A stretch of DNA of 64,000 nucleotides, taken from positions 512,308 to 576,307 of the forward strand of contig JADJFC010000002.1 in assembly GCA_016708785.1 (NCBI GenBank), written 5' to 3'. The translations under genes were made by a program, and so were the position numbers. This document shows positions 44,816-56,858 of the stretch, in pieces (the stretch's first letter is position 1; every line of letters begins with the position of its first letter). This DNA is from Bacteroidota bacterium. Its GTDB lineage: Bacteria > Bacteroidota > Bacteroidia > AKYH767-A > 2013-40CM-41-45. The notes below the pieces were generated by a model. That model did not search any database, had not been told where the DNA came from, and was given only the letters and a program-made list of their open reading frames with translations.

Positions 44816-46324
44816 TTATTTGATTATAACAAATTTATCTTTCTTATCTAAATTATTTGAAGAGTTGATTTGATAGGAATAAATTCCTGGTGGTAGTTCA
44901 ATTAATGAAACAGTCGTCAACATTTGCTGATCAGGGAGTTCAACGCATCTTACAAGCTCGCCTATCGAATTAAAGATCCGGAGTTTGGATTTATTAAATA
45001 GTTCGTTCGAATAAACTGTGATTTCGTTTGATGTTGGATTTGGATAAACTGTAAATGCTATTTTGATGATTTCATTTACTTTATTTGTGAGTGTATCGCA
45101 AGCACTCCCCACCACCGGACCTAAGTCATACTCCGGATTATTGGGAAGGCCCCAATAGGTTCTTTTCCCTCCGAGGTAAAAACTAAATGGCTGAAAGTCG
45201 CAGGCTAAACCTAGAGAATCAGGAAAATTCACAACCCCTAAATTTTGATTGATGTAATTATACATCGAATCTGCATACGGATAATTTAATGCATTCGACG
45301 GAATGTATGCTTGTGCATAATAGATCTTCCCATCCGGACCTCGTCTCACTGCACCTGCATCTGTAGGAACATAACGGGTACTGTCAAGTGTATCACATGA
45401 TGCAGCAATATCAGATGCGGTTAAATCAAATTGAAGGAGGTAATTGTAATCGCCGAAATTTCCTCCAAAGCTGTTGTAGGTTAAATAAAAAACATTTCCA
45501 TTGGCCGAATAGGCACCTTCATTAAATAATCGGGTGTAGTTTGAAAATTGTTGCGAAAAAATAATTCTATTCAGTGTAATAATACCGCTACATCTGTCAA
45601 AATCATATTCAGCCATTAATCCACTAGCATTAATATTAATAAATTTATTGTACGATGGATGCCAGATAATTTTCTGAAAGTCAGTATCTTTTCCTATACC
45701 GAAAGTTTGAACAATCGGTGCACAAACACTATCTGGAGTAATGAGGTAGACATAATACCTATCAATATTTCCGGTTGGATTAGAACTGAACTTACCAATC
45801 AACCACCAGTCCCGTCCATTCCCATGCTTTACCGCTGTCAGACAATCAGCACCACGGTACGCTCCAATCGGCACATTTTTTCTTACAACATCTCCTAGGC
45901 CGCCATTGAGATTCATGTCCATTAAGGCGTAGTAAGTTGTGTCGATTGCGCCAGCATCTCCAAGATAAAAGTTATAATATTCATGGTTGGATTCGGGTTT
46001 AGGAACTATCAGATTGTCGTTGTACAAGCCCCAGCCTTGTAACAAGGTACAATTAGGCATCACAGTATGATTTGCTGATAGAATTTTAGTTAATGCATAG
46101 GACACATAACTGAAAGAGTAAAACACCAAATTACCTGAAGAGTCACTGATACTCGAACACCCCCCCCTACCATCCATACCGGTTGAAATAGGAACAGGAT
46201 TGTTTAGGTTTCTAAAATCGATGCCAGCGCTGTCGCCAAAGCACCAGATGCTGTTACGGTTTTGAGCAGAAACATCTTGTTTGAAAATTAATAATACTGC
46301 GAGGAGAAGGAGTAATTGTTTCAT
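44816..46324 (-). CDS. Secreted protein of unknown function with a T9SS C-terminal sorting domain
   Basis: Signal peptide MKQLLLLLAVLLIFKQDVSAQ; C-terminus TVYPNPTSNEITVYSNELFN...GIYSYQINSS matches a Por secretion tail. Confidence 0.7.
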   Translation of the reverse strand: MKQLLLLLAVLLIFKQDVSAQNRNSIWCFGDSAGIDFRNLNNPVPISTGMDGRGGCSSISDSSGNLVFYSFSYVSYALTKILSANHTVMPNCTLLQGWGLYNDNLIVPKPESNHEYYNFYLGDAGAIDTTYYALMDMNLNGGLGDVVRKNVPIGAYRGADCLTAVKHGNGRDWWLIGKFSSNPTGNIDRYYVYLITPDSVCAPIVQTFGIGKDTDFQKIIWHPSYNKFININASGLMAEYDFDRCSGIITLNRIIFSQQFSNYTRLFNEGAYSANGNVFYLTYNSFGGNFGDYNYLLQFDLTASDIAASCDTLDSTRYVPTDAGAVRRGPDGKIYYAQAYIPSNALNYPYADSMYNYINQNLGVVNFPDSLGLACDFQPFSFYLGGKRTYWGLPNNPEYDLGPVVGSACDTLTNKVNEIIKIAFTVYPNPTSNEITVYSNELFNKSKLRIFNSIGELVRCVELPDQQMLTTVSLIELPPGIYSYQINSSNNLDKKDKFVIIK

Positions 46325-46332
46325 AGCAATAG

Positions 46333-46365
46333 AAAAGCAGGCAAGATTTTATCTTGCCTGCTTTG
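46333..46365 (-). terminator. Rho-independent terminator of the giant 46369-52628 gene
   Basis: Perfect 13-bp stem AAGCAGGCAAGAT / ATCTTGCCTGCTT with a TTT loop; on the minus strand it is followed by TTTTCT. Confidence 0.65.
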
Positions 46366-46368
46366 AGT

Positions 46369-49300
46369 TTATTTTATTAAAACTAATTTATCAGTTTTTA
46401 CTAAACCATTGGATGTGATAACTTGATATGAATAAATACCTGACTGCAATTCGATTAGTGAGAAGGTTTGTAGCGTTTGAAAGTCATTTAATATAACGTG
46501 AGTAACAAGAACTCCAGTAGAATTATAAATTTTGAATTCAGAATTCAAAAATGGCTGATTGGAGAAGATTGTGATTTCATTCGAAGTTGGGTTCGGGTAA
46601 ACTACTACTGAGTTGATTACAGACTTAACCGCTTTTGGACGATTCGATTTTCTGTATTGAGGCAATTGATCGTGAACATCTATTCTCAACATTGCTCTCG
46701 CCATATATACTGCCTCTCCACCATAAAACGGATGTTGCAAAGCGACAGCTGTTACTAATGCAATGGTGTCAGAATCCATGTCTAAGTCAACATCATAGCC
46801 CATTGCTATTAAGCCGGAAATAAATTTATTGTTTTCATCAATGGAGTTAAGATTCTGCATTGAATTCAATTTGCTGATTGCTTCCTGAATTTCTTTAACA
46901 GACAAAGACGCTTTGATGTCTTCAAACTTTCCAATATTTGTTTGAGCAATCAAGTTATACTTTAACTGATAAAGCATATCGGTCGGATAACCTAAATTTA
47001 AAACCGTAGGATTGTCTTTGGCCTGCTTGTAGAAGAAGGCTTTATCTCCGTGAGCATATTCAACTGAATCTACTTCTGTTTCGCTGCTGTCACCTACCGC
47101 TTTGCCAAATGCTTCTTTTCTCTTTTCATCGTCAATGAAACTGGTTGGTGTTGTACAACCAGACAAAGTCAATAGGCAAGGTCGAGGGGAAACCATGAAG
47201 CCCGCCGGAATCGGAGCAAATTCTGGATCATATGGTGCATCTGAATAAAGCCATCTGAAAGCTGATTGATTGTAAAGCCCATCTACTTTATTGTCGATGT
47301 TGTCTTTCCAACGGTTGTTCCAAGTAGTGCTTAAATCATGGTCATAGTTTGGATTAAATATAGCAACACCCTGATCAGTCATCCTGTTATTCGGGTTTTG
47401 GTCGTCTAAAAATACACCGTTATAGCAATTGTCCATGAGGTTACAATACAGATTGTCGTTTGTACAATCATCAAAAACATTAAATCCTGCTGCAAAATTG
47501 CGAATGGTATTTTCTTCAAAAATGCATTTAAAACTACGAGCCACAGCAATGCCTTTTTGGTTTTGTAATAAGTCTCTGGAAATGGAACCTGAAACAAATG
47601 GACCACTCCACAAGACAGTATTAACGATAACTTTTACATTATTACTATTCTGGACCCAAATGCCATAATGATCAATAGTAGTTTGATCAAACGGAATTTG
47701 AGAGTTATAAGTATTTCCGTCGATCGCCATAGATCCATTAGAATTTAAAAAATGAATACCAATGGCACTGTTCAAAATTGAATTAGTAGATACCTTAACG
47801 GGGGTAAACTGCGGAACTTTGTTGCGAACATCAATCGAAGTATTCCCATATGAAATTAAATCTAATCCATAAGTTAGTCCGGGATTAAAATAATTATTAG
47901 CAACAATATGATTTTCCGGACAACACAGATCTCCCGGATCAGGGAAAATTGCATCGTAGATTTCTATTCCATTGTAAAAATTCTTTACTACATTATTATT
48001 GGAAACACTTTCGCGGATATTGGTCAATGAAATTCCACGATAGCAATTATTCAAATTATTATGATAGGAATTTACTTTTTCAACACCATTGCACTGTACT
48101 CCCCAGCCTGCATTGGAAAACGTATTGAATTCATTGCTTCCGGAGCCACCAACAATAATAATATTTCCGTCTTTTTCTATTTCCTGCTCCTTTGCCACGA
48201 ATTGCACATGATCTACCTTCTTGAGGATTAAAATCATTGTGAAATACAAACAGACTGCTATAATTAGCATTGATTCCAACAGCACCTTTCAAAAATGAGT
48301 TGGTATTTCGTGCAGCATCTCCAATTACAAGATCAGTTACATTGTCGAGTTGAATATGAGCTCTTGTAATTTGATTAACATGTGGCGCTTTAGAAATAGG
48401 AGAAGAACAGTCAAATGTATTTCCATATATTGTAGTTTGAATCAAAGGGAAAGATCCATTTGAAAGTGAAATATCATAGTAGTTTTTATCAAACCTAGAA
48501 CCCGTAACAATAATTCTATTACCATTAGCTGATGAAATTGCAGAAATAGCATCTTGAATAAGTGAATTGTTACTAACAATTACAACTCCACCCGAGTTTA
48601 TTATTCCGCCCCACATATCTCCACAGCCATAGAGCCACGAAGTTATATTTGGCAAACCTACCTTGTCAGTTATTGTAAAAAATTTTCCGGTTTGTACTGT
48701 TATTGTCACTCCACTTCCAATTGCTAAAGTACAACCTTTCAGAGTAACGTTTTTAGTTATATTCAAATTTGAATTTAAATTGTATTGGCCTGTTAATTCA
48801 AAAGGTGTAACAAGATTATCAATAATTGTCTGCGTTAGATCTGTTGAATAATTTCCACAACAAGCCATATTCATTGCAGAGAAGTTGTATTGAGCAGATG
48901 CTGTACACTGATTAGCGTCTGTTACTATAACTGAGTAAGTTTGAGGGATACTTGCATTAATACATGGTGTAATTTCCAAAGAGCTGGTCCAAGAATAAGC
49001 GGAGAAGTTCTGTGGATTAGTACAAAGTTGGGCACCTGTACAATTTGAGGATGGAGTGTTTATTGAAACTGTTGGGTTCTGATTTTTTGTGAAGGAAATT
49101 GTATTTGAAACAACGGGCAATCCTGAAACGCAACTTGCATTAGATAAAATTATGCACGTGATAGGATTCGTTCCAAATGGAATTACAGACGAAGAAAGCG
49201 TTGAGTTTGTACCTATAGTAGTTGCACCAGATTTCCATTGATAAGTTGGATTCGGGACATTAGTTGTAGCAGTCAAAACACTTGTGGCCGCACTACAAGT

Positions 49301-52300
49301 AGGATTTGTACCTGTTGTTAACGCTATAGATGCATTCGCTGTAATGTTAGAATTTACAGTTGCAGTACTTGACAACGTAAAAGTGCAGCCGTTATAGTCT
49401 GTTACCGTATTTAGGGTATAGGTACCAACGGAAGGTTGAACAAAAGTGTAAACACTGTTTGGACAATTAATGGTTTGATTCGATCCATTATTATAATTCA
49501 CTATCCACGGGTTTGTGCCTGACAAATTCAACAATAAATTGGCTCCAGAGCAAATAGTACTAGTGCTAAAAAATGCGTTTACAGGTTGTGGGTTATTTAA
49601 AGTAACTGAAGAATTAACCTGACATCCTTTATTGTCAGTCACAGTTACCTGATAATTTCCAGACGGCAAACCGCTAATTGTGGCAGTTGAAAAAGCATTG
49701 GACCACAAGTAAGTGTAAGGTGTAGTTCCTCCATATACATTTGCAGTCGCACTTCCATTCGTATTGTTATTGCAAAGTGGGTCTGAAGAAGTGGTGTAGG
49801 TATGTAGTGCAGTCGGTTCAGAAATGGTTACACTCGAAGTACCTGTGCAGCCATTAATATCAGTTACTGTAACAAGGTATGAACCAGCAATTAGGTTACT
49901 TGCTGTTTGCGTGTTTTGAATGGGATTTGAGTTCCAATTGTAAGAAAATGGGCCAGTTCCACCGCTAGGAATAGCAGTAGCTGTACCAGAAGGACCACTA
50001 TTGCATAGAACATTTGTTGATGTAGTTGAAATAGTCAAGGCTGAATTCAGAGAAACTGATGTACTCAATGTACAATTGCTTCCACCAACCTGAGTAACAA
50101 CTACCGAATAAATTCCAGAAGCTAGATTTGAAATAGAAGAAGTATTTGCGGAATTTGACCATAAATATGTGTATGTAGTACCCCCACTTGGATTCATGGT
50201 CAAAGAGATTTGCCCAGTATTTGCTCCTTGGCAGTTTGGTTGAATAGCAGAAATATTTGAAATGTAAAATCCATAAGGAAAACTATTTGAAGTCCGGCAA
50301 TTAGTTCCTAGAGATACTATTACTCTATACTGTCCGTATGTGTTTATTGTAATTTGTTGCGTAGTGGCTCCGGCAAGGACATTCCACAACCCGGCGACTG
50401 GGTCAAATAGAAGCCATTGGAAGCTATAATTTCCATTTGAATTATCAATTGTGTTTTCTTCAATGATCGCGTTTCCTCCATTACAGGCATCGCCACTAAA
50501 AAATGCAATTGAAGGTTTAGACATTGTAGTGTATTTCGCTATACGTGAACAGCCATTTCCTTGATCAATTTCAACTGAATATGTTCCGGATCCAACAGTA
50601 ATTGTATTAGCATTAGAACCATCATTCCAGGTATAGGTACTTCCCGATGAAGGAACTAATGTAACATTTGAAGTTGAAGAGCTACAATTGGACGCAATTG
50701 AGGCAGGTGGATTACTTTTAATGTCTACTGAGACAAGTGCAGAATTTCCTGCACAACTACCTGTCGACTTAGAATAAAAATATTGATTCAAGCCTACTTC
50801 AGTTGGATGAAAGTTAGATCCTGAACCAACAACAATATTTGGATTAGCAACTTTATACCAAGTCAATGTGCCCGAAACATTTCCGGCCAATACTATTGGT
50901 TGATTTTCGCAAACCTCATAAACAGAACCATTCATTATATAATCGCCAATCACCTCGATATTTAGGCCGGAATTTGTTGTCCATATTTTTTTGGAAAAGG
51001 AATATGAATAGTTGCAATTTCCATCTGCATTTGGGTAATTTTAATTAAAGTTAATGTATCAGTATAAGGGTTATTAGTAGATGAAGTATTGAGGTCATAG
51101 CCGGGTAAACACAGATTAGTTCCAGCATTTCCTGATTGATATGAAATTGCATAATCGTTTGATGTACCAGTTGTACAAGAAAGATTTCTAATTGGAGTTT
51201 GCAAATCACCAATTGCATTTATAAGAGTAAAATTATATTGCAATCCTTCTTCTAATGGTCCCTGGTAATTTATATCTATTGGTACGGTTGTACTCGTTGT
51301 GCATTTTGGGGCATCATTCGTATAGAAAAGAGCGGGGTGATCTAACTGTCCAAGCATCATACTTGAAGTGAACCACTGAGTAGCTCCCGGTTTTACAATA
51401 TTCTCTTCAACAGATGATAAATTAGCGTCACCATGTGTCGCACCAGGTGTTCTCCAATCATTATAATACAATCTTTCGGCACTAAACAAATTGTGTATAT
51501 AGTTTGGGTTTGTTGTTGAAAATGGGGCAGATGAAACTTCCGTAAACCATTTTCCAAAAAAGTCGCCATCACCATGGTAATAGGTGGCATCCTCAGCACT
51601 GAAAATCGGTCTAACATTAGAAGCGTTTTTATTGCTTGATTGGCGAAATAAATTTAATCGTGAATTATAGAGTGGATATGTAAAAGAAACATCAGGGTAA
51701 TGCAAATAAGTATGTAAAAGTAATCGATCAACCATCGGAGAAGTATTTGTTCCATCAATAAAATTTGCTACCAATGGAACTTGGTTTCCTGCATCTTTAT
51801 TGGCATCCGAATCATACAAATATCCTAAATAAATTTCAGATTTTACTCCTGAAGCTATTGCAATAGTTTTTAGCATGGGTAAATATTCAGTACTAATCTT
51901 ATTCCATTTCCCGGTTATAGATGTTATTCCATCGCCATCATTTGTGCGATTCCAGAATTCGTATTCCATATTTAAGACATCAAAGTCAGGGCAATGTCCT
52001 TGAGTGGTTGAAATAGAATTTCGACGATAAATTCCTATTGCGAAACGGAATAGTTGTTGTGTATAAAAAAGAGGATCCGTTGTTGTTATTGATGCTGATT
52101 CAATTGCATTTATTAACATCGCATTATTCCCAAGAAGTGCTTTTTCAGCAACGGTTAAGGTGAATGATAATACTGTGAAATTGGAACTGTAGCTTACCAA
52201 ATCTTGAAATGATGAACTTGTAAATCCAACCGCACCAAAACTATTTATACAATAATTGTTCTTGGCTTCGGTCATGAAATTGCATAATCGATCATTCAAG

Positions 52301-52628
52301 TAATTGTATAGTGACGGATTATTTGCTAATAAATCACCATTAGTTAAATTTCTCATATCATACAGAGTAAGATATGTTATTCTATTTTCCTTGCAAAAAT
52401 TTAATAATTCAATCTCTTTTTCAAAAACACCATCTGCAGGGTTTTTGTCAACCCCTAATATTGACAAGTTAGGGTCTAACTGAGATTTTCCTGCTGCATC
52501 AATGTAGAGGGTAATAAATTTGTCAACATACATGCCTCTAGGTTGATCAGCTAACTGTGAATAGACAGTGATAGCTAAAAATTGCAAGAACAAAAAACTG
52601 GCAGAATTAAATGGTATTTTTTTTTCAT
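46369..52628 (-). CDS. Giant (~2086 aa) T9SS cargo protein. N-terminal ~540-aa domain of unknown function, then SprB-type and Ig-like repeats, a right-handed parallel beta-helix and a T9SS sorting domain. Three frame breaks: A9/T9 run 52617-52625 at the start, T7 run 50979-50985, and one within 48131-48285. ORF pieces are 50962-52593, 48131-50953 and 46369-48285.
   Basis: Adding one A to the A9 run gives MKKKIPFNSASFLFLQFLAITVYSQLADQ (signal peptide). Adding one A at 50979-85 joins ..IHIPFPKK to IWTTNSGLNIEVIGDYIMNGS... SprB repeat (GGTTPYTYLWSNAFSTATISGLPSGNYQVTVTDNKGC). C-terminus VVYPNPTSNEITIFSNQPFL...GIYSYQVITSN matches a Por secretion tail. Confidence 0.75.
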
Positions 52629-52948
52629 TGTAAGAAGTTTTAAGGTTTAACGATTTAATTTTAAACTAAGGAAATCCTTTATAACATTTGTCAAGATAGT
52701 AATTTTTTAGTAAATAATTAATCTCTATTTAAAATTTAATTTAAGAATTTTAGAGAAGTATAATTTGTAAAAATATTCATAGAAGAGTCATCTATTTTGA
52801 GAATAGAAAGTGGTATGGAAGAAAAAAGCTGATTTATCTAATTTTGGTTACTTTGTTAAAAATTTGGGGTCATGTTGAAATATAGATATTGGTATTATAA
52901 AAATGCCCAAAAGTGCGAAATAAAAAGCTCTTTAGATTTATTTTCTCC

Positions 52949-53683
52949 TTACTCAAACGTCAACGACACCGTAAACGTCCTCGAATAAAGTGCTTCAATC
53001 GGACTGGAGAAAATAGTATTCTGAGGAACAATCAGGTTTTTCAAACCTGTAAACATTTTTATTTCAGGCGAGAATTTAAAATACGACATGTAAAAATCAA
53101 AACCTAAACCAATTTCATATCCGTAATCGTTTCTTGAAAGTTTTATAATATCCGGATCTTCAAGTTTCACCTTTGCTTGTGAAACCATATCTATACCATA
53201 TTTAAATCCACCTAAAACATACACACGATAATTGTCAACACGCTTTGATTTATATTTAAGCTCTAATGGGAACTCCAGATAAGTAGATTCTACAACCTTT
53301 GTTTTAGAAATGGGAATGCTATCGCTATAAAGTAAATTATAGTCCAGGTTTCTTTGAGCAAATGAAAGAGTTGGTAAGAACCGAAGATCAAAATACTCAC
53401 CTAATCTTAAGTTACTCAAGATGGTCAGGTTCAAACCTGCGGAGGCACTCGATTCAATACTGTAAACAGAATCCAGCAAGTTGAAATTTTCAACTTTCTT
53501 AACTAAAAATTTTGCTGAATTAAATCCTAATGCGAAACCAAAATGTAATTTCTGTTGATCATACTTAGGTAGATTGATCGGTCGATTCGCTAATTGCGCT
53601 TTTGAAATAAAAGGCAAAAGAAAGACCAGTGCAGTGAAAAGATATTTGATTTTAGTATTCAAGTAAAGATTATTTTTTTGCAA
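52949..53683 (-). CDS. PorT/SprT-like outer-membrane beta-barrel protein (T9SS-associated), adjacent to ubiE
   Basis: 244 aa; signal peptide; alternating hydrophobic beta-strand pattern ending in ..FTVSLTFE (terminal aromatic). Size and genomic context typical of PorT-family genes in Bacteroidota. Confidence 0.5.
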   Translation of the reverse strand: MQKNNLYLNTKIKYLFTALVFLLPFISKAQLANRPINLPKYDQQKLHFGFALGFNSAKFLVKKVENFNLLDSVYSIESSASAGLNLTILSNLRLGEYFDLRFLPTLSFAQRNLDYNLLYSDSIPISKTKVVESTYLEFPLELKYKSKRVDNYRVYVLGGFKYGIDMVSQAKVKLEDPDIIKLSRNDYGYEIGLGFDFYMSYFKFSPEIKMFTGLKNLIVPQNTIFSSPIEALYSRTFTVSLTFE

Positions 53684-54401
53684 GATAAATGGTGGCTACA
53701 CCAAATGTCATGGGTATGAACTTAGTTTCTTTGAATCCTGCTTTTTTCAAGATTGCAATAAAATTTTCTCCGTATGGGAATGCGCTAACCGATTCGTGAA
53801 GATAGGCATAGGCCGCATCGTCTTTGGAAATTGCTTTACCGATCCTTGGAGTGATCTTAGAAGAGTAGAAGGTGTATAATGTACGTATGAGTTTGTTGCT
53901 TGGTTGCGAAAATTCGAGGATCATGGCAGTACCACCAACTTTTGTTACACGGTGAATTTCCTTGATTCCTTTCTCTAAATTCTGAAAATTTCGAACACCA
54001 AAGGAAACGGTAACAGCATCAAATTTATTGTCTTCAAAGATCAAAGCTTCTGAATCACCCTCTAAAAGCTCAATTTTATCTGTTAAATTTCTCTTTTTTA
54101 TCTTTTCCCGGCCAATTGCAAGCATGTCAGTCGAAATATCGACTCCGTAGATCTTTTCCGGATTCAATTTCATTGCTTCCAATGCAAGGTCAGCAGTCCC
54201 TGTGGCAATGTCGAGAATCAGCTTAGGATTTTCTTTTTTAAGTAAATTGATTGCCTTACTTCTCCAGTATCTATCGGTTCCAAACGATAAAAAGTGGTTC
54301 AAAAAATCATACCTCCAAGCGATGTTATTAAACATCTTTGCGATCTGCGTCTTCTTTTCAAGTGACGAATCTTTATATGGAGTAATATTTTCTAAACTCA
54401 T
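53670..54401 (-). CDS. ubiE: Demethylmenaquinone / ubiquinone C-methyltransferase
   Basis: 243 aa; KTQIAKMFNNIAWRYDFLNHFLSFGTDRYWR and SAM-binding LDIATGTADL. Confidence 0.9.
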   Translation of the reverse strand: MSLENITPYKDSSLEKKTQIAKMFNNIAWRYDFLNHFLSFGTDRYWRSKAINLLKKENPKLILDIATGTADLALEAMKLNPEKIYGVDISTDMLAIGREKIKKRNLTDKIELLEGDSEALIFEDNKFDAVTVSFGVRNFQNLEKGIKEIHRVTKVGGTAMILEFSQPSNKLIRTLYTFYSSKITPRIGKAISKDDAAYAYLHESVSAFPYGENFIAILKKAGFKETKFIPMTFGVATIYLAKK

Positions 54402-55396
54402 TTTAATTTTAATCTTTTTGCTTCATCAAGTAGTTGTTGCTTTTCTATCGGAACAACTCCAACTTTTTCACACACAAGTCCGCCGGCAAGATTTGACAAA
54501 GTTGCCAATGTTTGCGTATCTATATCCAGAGCTAAGCACAAAGCGGCTACACTGATCACAGTATCTCCCGCTCCCGAAACGTCTGCAATTGTTCTGATAT
54601 GAGCAGGAAGAAGTTTTTCTTCTTTCTCATCTACATAGAAAATTCCTTTTTCTGAAAGGGTGATCAAGGCTGTGTCAATCTTATTGTCGTTGCAAAGTTT
54701 GTTTACTGCTTTGCTAATGTCTTCAATTTTGTTTTTGTCAAGATCAATTTTCATCCCTTCTCTGAGTTCTTTCAGATTCGGTTTGAAGAGAGTCACATTC
54801 TTATAATGATTGAAATTCTTTTTCTTAGGATCTACAGCAATTGGAATTCCTTTCTGACGCGCTAATTTTACTACTGATTCAATCAATGATTTTCCAATTA
54901 CACCTTTGTCATAATCCTCAAACACAATAACATCGATTTTCTTTTTCGCAATGATCATTGTGATTCTGTTGAGCAATTGCTTTCTATCACTCGGTGTCAA
55001 ATCGTCTTCCTGCTCCTCGTCAACACGTAGCATCTGGTGATTGTTTCCTATGACACGTGTTTTTACTGTTGTGATTCTTTCTGTACTTTGAAAAATTCCA
55101 TCGGCACTCAGATCTATCTGTTTTAGTAATTCAATAAAGGATCTTCCATTAATGTCGTTCCCGATTACTGAACATAAGATCGGAGTTGCTCCAAGCGCTT
55201 TGATATTGATTGCAACATTTGCTGCTCCGCCTAATCTGCTTTCTTTCTTCTGAATACTTGCTATCGGTACAGGTGCTTCGGGAGAGATACGCTCCACTTT
55301 TCCCCATAGATAATTATCGAGCATAACATCTCCGATAACTAATACGCTTAGTTTTTCAAAAGCAGAAAATATTTCACTGATGGATCTATGTTTCAC
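54398..55396 (-). CDS. rfaE: D-glycero-beta-D-manno-heptose-7-phosphate kinase (RfaE/HldE domain I, PfkB family)
   Basis: LVIGDVMLDNYLWGKVERISPEAPVPI; C-terminal DVSGAGDTV ribokinase-like motif. Confidence 0.8.
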   Translation of the reverse strand: MKHRSISEIFSAFEKLSVLVIGDVMLDNYLWGKVERISPEAPVPIASIQKKESRLGGAANVAINIKALGATPILCSVIGNDINGRSFIELLKQIDLSADGIFQSTERITTVKTRVIGNNHQMLRVDEEQEDDLTPSDRKQLLNRITMIIAKKKIDVIVFEDYDKGVIGKSLIESVVKLARQKGIPIAVDPKKKNFNHYKNVTLFKPNLKELREGMKIDLDKNKIEDISKAVNKLCNDNKIDTALITLSEKGIFYVDEKEEKLLPAHIRTIADVSGAGDTVISVAALCLALDIDTQTLATLSNLAGGLVCEKVGVVPIEKQQLLDEAKRLKLK

Positions 55397-55415
55397 AGCA
55401 ATGGACTTTGTTACT

Positions 55416-56657
55416 TTATTTTAATTTGGCTAATGCCTCTTTTATTCTTTTAATGGCTTCAATCAATTTTTCATCGGCCGCAGCATAAGAGAAACGAAGA
55501 CAGTTGGGGGCGCCGAATGCTTCTCCGGTAACCAGACTCACATGACCTTTATGCAAAAGATACATACAAAGATCTGTAGAGTTGTTGATCACTGCATCGC
55601 CATCTTTTTTTCCGAAATAATAACTGATATCAGGAAAAACATAGAAAGCTCCTTTCGGCTCATTAATGATCCATCCCGGAATGTCTTTCATTAAGTTTAA
55701 AACGAGATCTCTTCGTCGACGAAATGCTTCCTGCATGTCGAGCGTAGGTTTGTTCGACTCATTCAGTGCTGCTTCTGCAGCCTTCTGTGCAATTGAACTC
55801 GCAGCTGAAGTAATTTGTCCCTGCATTTTGTCGCATGCTTCAGCAATAATTTTCGGAGCGCCAATATAACCGATTCTCCAGCCTGTCATTGCATAACCTT
55901 TGGAAACACCATTGACAATCACTACTTGATCTTTGATAAATGGAAATTGGGCAATGCTCTGATGCCCGTCTATGAAATTGATGTGTTCGTAGATCTCATC
56001 AGACAAAATGATTATACGGGGATGCTTTACAAGAACCTCAGCTAACGCTTTCAATTCGTCTTTTGTATAAACAGTTCCTGTTGGATTACATGGTGACGAG
56101 AAGATAAACATCTTCGTCTTGGGTGTAATGGCTGCTTCCAGTTGTGCCGGAGTAATTTTGAAATCGTCTTTAATTGTTGTTGTAACTGAAACAGTTTTCC
56201 CTTCCGCTAATTTTACAATTTCAATATAGCTAACCCAAAACGGCATTGGAATTATCACTTCATCACCTTTGTCGACGATGCTCAAGACAACATTTGCTAT
56301 ACTTTGTTTTGCGCCTGTTGAAACGATGACCTGATCAGGCCGATAGTCCAGATTATTTTCTCGCTTGAATTTGTCCGAAATCGCTTTTCGCAATTCTGCA
56401 TAACCGGCTATTGGTGGATAAAATGTATAGCCATCGTCAATCGCCTTTTTGGCAGCAGTACGAATGTGTACAGGAGTAACGAAATCGGGCTCGCCGAGTG
56501 AAAGGTTGATCACATCAACTCCTTGAGCAGAAAGTTCACGGCTTAATTTCGACATGCCAATTGTCTGACTTTCAGACAATGATAACACGCGGTGGGATAA
56601 GGTTTGCTGTTCCATATTTGAGGGTGCAAACCTACGGGATTCCCTGCGAATAGCCAA
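55416..56657 (-). CDS. aspC: Aspartate / aromatic aminotransferase (class I PLP-dependent)
   Basis: 413 aa; NLSLGEPDFVTPVHIRTAAKKAIDDGYTFYPPIAGYAELRKAI, SKGYAMTGWRIGY (PLP lysine). Confidence 0.85.
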   Translation of the reverse strand: MAIRRESRRFAPSNMEQQTLSHRVLSLSESQTIGMSKLSRELSAQGVDVINLSLGEPDFVTPVHIRTAAKKAIDDGYTFYPPIAGYAELRKAISDKFKRENNLDYRPDQVIVSTGAKQSIANVVLSIVDKGDEVIIPMPFWVSYIEIVKLAEGKTVSVTTTIKDDFKITPAQLEAAITPKTKMFIFSSPCNPTGTVYTKDELKALAEVLVKHPRIIILSDEIYEHINFIDGHQSIAQFPFIKDQVVIVNGVSKGYAMTGWRIGYIGAPKIIAEACDKMQGQITSAASSIAQKAAEAALNESNKPTLDMQEAFRRRRDLVLNLMKDIPGWIINEPKGAFYVFPDISYYFGKKDGDAVINNSTDLCMYLLHKGHVSLVTGEAFGAPNCLRFSYAAADEKLIEAIKRIKEALAKLK

Positions 56658-56858
56658 GTTTGAACTGTCTCCGTGTCCATTATAAAGCAGTGAATTACAA
56701 CGTTCTAAGAGAAGGGTGGAGAATTGGCAGTTTTTAGCTCTTTATTTTGGCAGAAAACCGTTGTTGGCATGGAATTCGACCATTGGCAAATCAATTGACA
56801 TAGGTTTCAGAATACATTTTTCTGTCACATTGTCGTTCACTATATTCGTATCAGAAAT

